From Dehalococcoidia bacterium (GTDB taxonomy: Bacteria; Chloroflexota; Dehalococcoidia; Dehalococcoidales; DAOWKM01): a stretch of 29,347 nt of DNA. The notes beneath the pieces were generated by a model. The model did no database searches. It worked only from the letters and a program-made list of their open reading frames with translations, and was not told the origin of the DNA. The stretch is taken from assembly GCA_030643695.1 (NCBI GenBank), contig DAOWKM010000072.1, forward strand, positions 1 through 29,347, given 5' to 3'. This document shows positions 25,582 through 29,347 of the stretch, piece after piece; positions within the stretch are counted from its first letter, which is position 1; each line of letters begins with the position of its first letter. A program made the position numbers and the translations under genes.

Positions 25582-26270
25582 CTATCAAAAAGCTGTAGAA
25601 AGTCTCCCTTGCTCATTCTGAATCCAGTCCCGTGGTCGTGATACTGTCCTTTCCGTTTACCACTTCTGAATACACCAATACGAATATCTACTTTAAGCTT
25701 GTCATTCTCAATTGATGATCTGAACTTGTTCCTGTTTAAATTAGAGAGTAAGTAACCCTCAATATAGTGAAACCTTTCGTTTGCGGAGTTCCTTTCTCCT
25801 TTTGTCTCAGCAAACACGAGCAAAGTCTTGTCTGATTTAAAAGTCAAAACATCATCCAATATAGTGGAGATTAACCAGTAGCATTCAATATTGTTCTTGT
25901 TATGAAGTACTAATCTATCATTCTCAAAGGCTACTCTGAAATACTGGGGATTATACCTTGAGCCATAACAAGTTGAATGTAGGTTATAGTAACCTTCATC
26001 ATCTAAGTATTTATAGTTTTCAAATAACACTCGGTTTACTCCCTTTGGCTCCGGAGACTTCGTGACGAGGGTCAACATACTTGCCGATTCAATCCTCTTA
26101 GTCTTCAGTTCTATCTCACCAATATCTGGCAATCTAAAGTTATTCTCCTTTAAACCTAACAAATCCTCTAACGTCTTACCTATTCCTGTATCGCCCGCTC
26201 TGTGAGTTTTTATATACCCCATATCTCTAATTACTAAGAGCTTTTGTTTAATTTCTTCAAGGCTTTTCAT
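25563..26270 (-). CDS. MvaI/BcnI-family type II restriction endonuclease
   Basis: GDTGIGKTLEDLLG..ENN...PD...ELKTKR...LTL and C-terminal HDHGTGFR motifs. Convergent with the MTase (19-bp overlap). ATG 26270 has GGAGG upstream. Confidence 0.88.
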   Translation of the reverse strand: MKSLEEIKQKLLVIRDMGYIKTHRAGDTGIGKTLEDLLGLKENNFRLPDIGEIELKTKRIESASMLTLVTKSPEPKGVNRVLFENYKYLDDEGYYNLHSTCYGSRYNPQYFRVAFENDRLVLHNKNNIECYWLISTILDDVLTFKSDKTLLVFAETKGERNSANERFHYIEGYLLSNLNRNKFRSSIENDKLKVDIRIGVFRSGKRKGQYHDHGTGFRMSKGDFLQLFDSYERVF

Positions 26271-26423
26271 TGCCAATCCTCCACTCGCCAGTAAGGTCAG
26301 TATAGCCTGTGAGTGAGACATTTGGCAATAACATCATATAGCCCCCATTCGCAATTTCATCCCCTAGGCTATATAATTGATTTAGTAAACATAATGAAGA
26401 ATAGTTCGGAAAGGAGGTGATAT

Positions 26424-26963
26424 ATGGGGGATAGTGCAGATAGGACAATGATATTCATTGACGGCAGTAATCTCTACCATTCTCTTAAGGGTTTTTTTAA
26501 ACGAACTGATACAGACATTGGCAAGCTGTGTAATAAGCTCCTGGAAAAACGCCGTTTAGTCAGAATCTATTACTATAATGCTAAGGTAGGACTCAAGGAA
26601 GAACCGGAGCGATACCGAAGCCAACAGGCATTCTTTGCCGGTGTGAATGCCATACCTTACTGCGAGCTGCGTTTGGGGCGTCTCGTTTACAATAACTGGC
26701 CAAATAGCCCTCCCTACGAAAAGGGAGTTGATATTCAATTGGCTACTGATATGATAACTCACAGCTTTAAGAACAATTATGATGTTGCCGTTCTCGTTGC
26801 TGGCGATAATGATTATGTGGGCGCCCTCCAGGCAGTTAAGGATAACGGGAAGAATGTAGAGGTTGCCTTGTTTGGTAAGGAGCGGTCTTCCTATCGGTTA
26901 AGGGTGGTAGCAGATAGAGTAATAACCATAAACGCTCGGTTTCTCAGGGGCTGCTGGAAATAA
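26424..26963 (+). CDS. NYN domain (LabA/DUF88, PIN-like) putative ribonuclease
   Basis: FIDGSN, EKGVDIQLATD and VAGDNDY acidic motifs intact; RBS AGGAGGT. Confidence 0.92.
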   Translation: MGDSADRTMIFIDGSNLYHSLKGFFKRTDTDIGKLCNKLLEKRRLVRIYYYNAKVGLKEEPERYRSQQAFFAGVNAIPYCELRLGRLVYNNWPNSPPYEKGVDIQLATDMITHSFKNNYDVAVLVAGDNDYVGALQAVKDNGKNVEVALFGKERSSYRLRVVADRVITINARFLRGCWK

Positions 26964-26982
26964 AAACAAGGACAGAATATCT

Positions 26983-28359
26983 ATGCCGCACATTGAGGCT
27001 GTTGGTCACCAGCTAGCTGAAACACTTAAGAAATATAGCGCCGATTATATAGAGGCTCGCCTTGAGGAAAGCCAGTCCAGTCATATTACCTACCGAGGAA
27101 GGAAGTTAGAGTCTATTGGCAGGTCAACTGCCATCGGGGGGAATGTGCGGGCTCTGGTAAGGGGTGGCTGGGGCTTCGTCAGCTTTAATGAACTTGATGA
27201 GCTGCCAGGCAGGGTGGAACTGGCCGTGAAGCAGGCTCAACTTGCTGGTAATAAAGAGAGTAAGCTAGCTCCGGTGGAACCAGTGGTTGATATGGTGGCA
27301 GCTGAGGTAGGTAAAAATCCAGTGGCGATGCCCTTAGCTGAAAAGAAGCAGCTACTGGATGAATATAACGATATTATCTGGCGCACTCCAAAGCTTCAGA
27401 CCTCAACTATTGGCTACAATGATGGCCATAAGAAGGTTATTTTTTTAAGTTCGTCAGGTAGTTATATTGAGCAGGAAAAGACAGGCATTACCCTGCGCCT
27501 GGCGGCTGTTGCCACCAAAGGCAACGAGGTGCAGCAAGTAGGATTGAGCCTGGGCAGCAGTGGTGATTTCAGCTTGCTCCAGGGTCTCCATCAGCAAGTA
27601 GAGCGAATGGCAAACCACGCTGTAGAGCTACTATCAGCTCCACAGATAACGGGAGGAGAATACACTGTGGTATTAGACCCGGTTCTGGCTGGCGTCTTTA
27701 CCCATGAAGCCTTCGGCCACCTATCAGAGGCTGACTTTGTTTATGAGAATGACCGACTTCGTGAAATTATGACCCTGGGTAAAAAATTCGGCGGTAAATA
27801 CCTTAATATTGTTGATAGTGCCGCTATACCCAAACTGCGAGGTAGCTATAAGTATGATGATGAAGGGGTGCCAGCAACTAAGACCTATCTTATCAGGGAG
27901 GGTAAATTGGTCGGCAGGCTTCATTCCAGGGAAACTGCTGCCAGAATGAAGGAACAGCCTACAGGTAATGCTAGAGCTATTAACTATCATTATCCGCCTA
28001 TTGTCCGGATGACCAATACCTATATTGAGCCAGGGTCAGTCTCATTTGAGGATATAATAGGCGACATCAAGGACGGGGTATATGCCAAAAACTGGTATGG
28101 TGGCACTACCAGCATGGAGATGTTTACCTTCTCTGCCGGTGAAGCCTATATGATTCGTAATGGCAAACTGGCTGAGGCACTGCGCCCGGTAGTGCTTACC
28201 GGCAATGTGTTTACCACTTTAATGAACATAGATGCTATCGGTAATGACCTGGAGATGAACCAGGGTGGTGGCTGTGGCAAGGGAGGGCAGGCGCCCCTAT
28301 CGGTTTCTAATGGCAGTCCTCACATCAGAATCCGCCACTGCTTACTTGGAGGCAGGTGA
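26983..28359 (+). CDS. tldD: TldD family metalloprotease
   Basis: HEAFGHLSEAD (HExxxH), DDEG, TGNAR and RMTNTYI motifs. Confidence 0.93.
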   Translation: MPHIEAVGHQLAETLKKYSADYIEARLEESQSSHITYRGRKLESIGRSTAIGGNVRALVRGGWGFVSFNELDELPGRVELAVKQAQLAGNKESKLAPVEPVVDMVAAEVGKNPVAMPLAEKKQLLDEYNDIIWRTPKLQTSTIGYNDGHKKVIFLSSSGSYIEQEKTGITLRLAAVATKGNEVQQVGLSLGSSGDFSLLQGLHQQVERMANHAVELLSAPQITGGEYTVVLDPVLAGVFTHEAFGHLSEADFVYENDRLREIMTLGKKFGGKYLNIVDSAAIPKLRGSYKYDDEGVPATKTYLIREGKLVGRLHSRETAARMKEQPTGNARAINYHYPPIVRMTNTYIEPGSVSFEDIIGDIKDGVYAKNWYGGTTSMEMFTFSAGEAYMIRNGKLAEALRPVVLTGNVFTTLMNIDAIGNDLEMNQGGGCGKGGQAPLSVSNGSPHIRIRHCLLGGR

Positions 28360-29347
28360 GTGGAGAATATTCTGGCTCAAGCTAAAAGGGTAGCCGAGGA
28401 GGCTGAGGTCTTTATGGTCTCCTCGGAGGAGACTCCCGTCCAGTTCGAGGCTAACCGCCTGAAGCACATCCAGAGCAAGCAGGGCAGCTATGTGGCGCTG
28501 CGTGTTATCAAACAAGGCAGGATTGGCTACGCCTCTACTACTGGATTAGGTGATAGCCAGAATTTGGTCAATATGGCAGTAGAAACAGCCCAGTTCGGTA
28601 TGCCAGTCAAGTTTGAACTTCCTTCCCTGACCACCTATCCCCAGGTTGAGGTCTTTGACCCTAATGTAGAGTCGGTATCTGTGGAGGAGATGGTTCAGCT
28701 TGGTGAAGAACTCATTGACATAGTTAGAGGTCATACTCCAGATATTGTGTGTGAGGCAGAAGTGGCTAAGGCTGTCGGTTCAGTCCGGATTATAAATTCT
28801 CGTGGTGGGCAGGCAAATTATCGGCAGAGCGCCTTTAGCCTGGGCATTGAGGGTAGTCTGATTCATAACACTGATATGCTCTTCGTTGGTGAAGGTCAGA
28901 GTTCCTGCCATCCGCTGACCGAGCCTAAGGTGGTAACCGAGGTGGTGCTTTACCAGCTTGAGCTAGCCCGGAACCGGGCTTCAGTATCAACTCAATCGCT
29001 ACCGGTAATTTTTACCCCTCGTGGGGTAGCTAGCGCCTTAATCTCGTCCTTGATGGCCGCTTTCAATGGCAAGGTAGTTCTGGAAGGGGCTTCCCCGATA
29101 GGTAATCGGCTGGGTCAGCCGGTTTTTGATAAAAAGCTGTGGCTGTGGGACGACCCTACAATAGCCTACCGCCCTGAAAGCCGTCCCTGCGATGATGAGG
29201 GTATGCCCAGTCAGCGCACCCCCCTTATTGAACAGGGAAGTATAGCCAACTTTCTTTACGACCGGCAAACCGCCTCTCTGGCTCACACCCGGAGCACCGG
29301 TAATGGTAGCAGAAATGGCGGATTGCCTGCGCCTTCACCCAGTGCCT
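28360..29347 (+). CDS. pmbA: PmbA/TldE family protein (partial, runs off the window end; absent from the ORF track)
   Basis: I translated it manually from GTG 28360: MENILAQAKRVAEEAEVF...RVIKQGRIGYAST...DDEG...STGNG. No stop codon up to 29347. Confidence 0.9.
   Translation, partial: MENILAQAKRVAEEAEVFMVSSEETPVQFEANRLKHIQSKQGSYVALRVIKQGRIGYASTTGLGDSQNLVNMAVETAQFGMPVKFELPSLTTYPQVEVFDPNVESVSVEEMVQLGEELIDIVRGHTPDIVCEAEVAKAVGSVRIINSRGGQANYRQSAFSLGIEGSLIHNTDMLFVGEGQSSCHPLTEPKVVTEVVLYQLELARNRASVSTQSLPVIFTPRGVASALISSLMAAFNGKVVLEGASPIGNRLGQPVFDKKLWLWDDPTIAYRPESRPCDDEGMPSQRTPLIEQGSIANFLYDRQTASLAHTRSTGNGSRNGGLPAPSPSA

Larger units (their letters stand above)
23940..26420. mobile_element. Putative horizontally acquired R-M islet between nrdJ and NYN-tldD
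   Basis: Visibly AT-richer than the flanks, defence cargo, own promoter. No integrase or transposase, and the boundaries are approximate. Confidence 0.5.

Noticed and set aside
23930-26423. Target-site duplication flanking the R-M islet (TAAATATAGTATAGAAT versus TAAACATAATGAAGAAT)
   Set aside because: Only 13 of 17 positions match in AT-rich sequence, so it is not distinguishable from chance.

Overview
This is a chromosomal window from an anaerobic bacterium, most likely Chloroflexota class Dehalococcoidia (inferred from gene order and protein style, not from a search). The core backbone is lit-like gene, DUF763 (frameshifted), FmdB zinc ribbon, nadE, recA-recX-rny-ymdB-PHP-plsY-B-box membrane protein, a membrane heterodisulfide-reductase-like Fe-S protein, a four-gene benzoyl-CoA-reductase/2-hydroxyacyl-CoA-dehydratase (BCR/HAD) module, a sirtuin, a Get3d/ArsA ATPase with a small partner, an endonuclease III-like gene, nrdR-nrdJ with tandem NrdR boxes, and NYN-tldD-pmbA (cut by the window end). 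Three visibly AT-richer accessory patches interrupt it. (i) 1-1650 holds small membrane ORFs, REP-like paired hairpins and a stand-alone EVE protein. (ii) About 2320-2950 holds a 290-bp insertion bounded by a 22-bp direct repeat at the 3' end of the lit-like gene, plus another small membrane ORF. (iii) About 23940-26420 holds DUF3467, a membrane-anchored ORF and a convergent MvaI/BcnI-family type II restriction-modification system. The most interesting candidates are: the plsY-linked, membrane-electron-donor-coupled BCR/HAD module (possibly lipid-modifying), with a heterodimeric, half-degenerate activase whose first subunit starts at ATT; the att-like micro-insertion; and the repeat/EVE locus. 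No CRISPR array, rRNA, tRNA, integrase or transposase was recognised.
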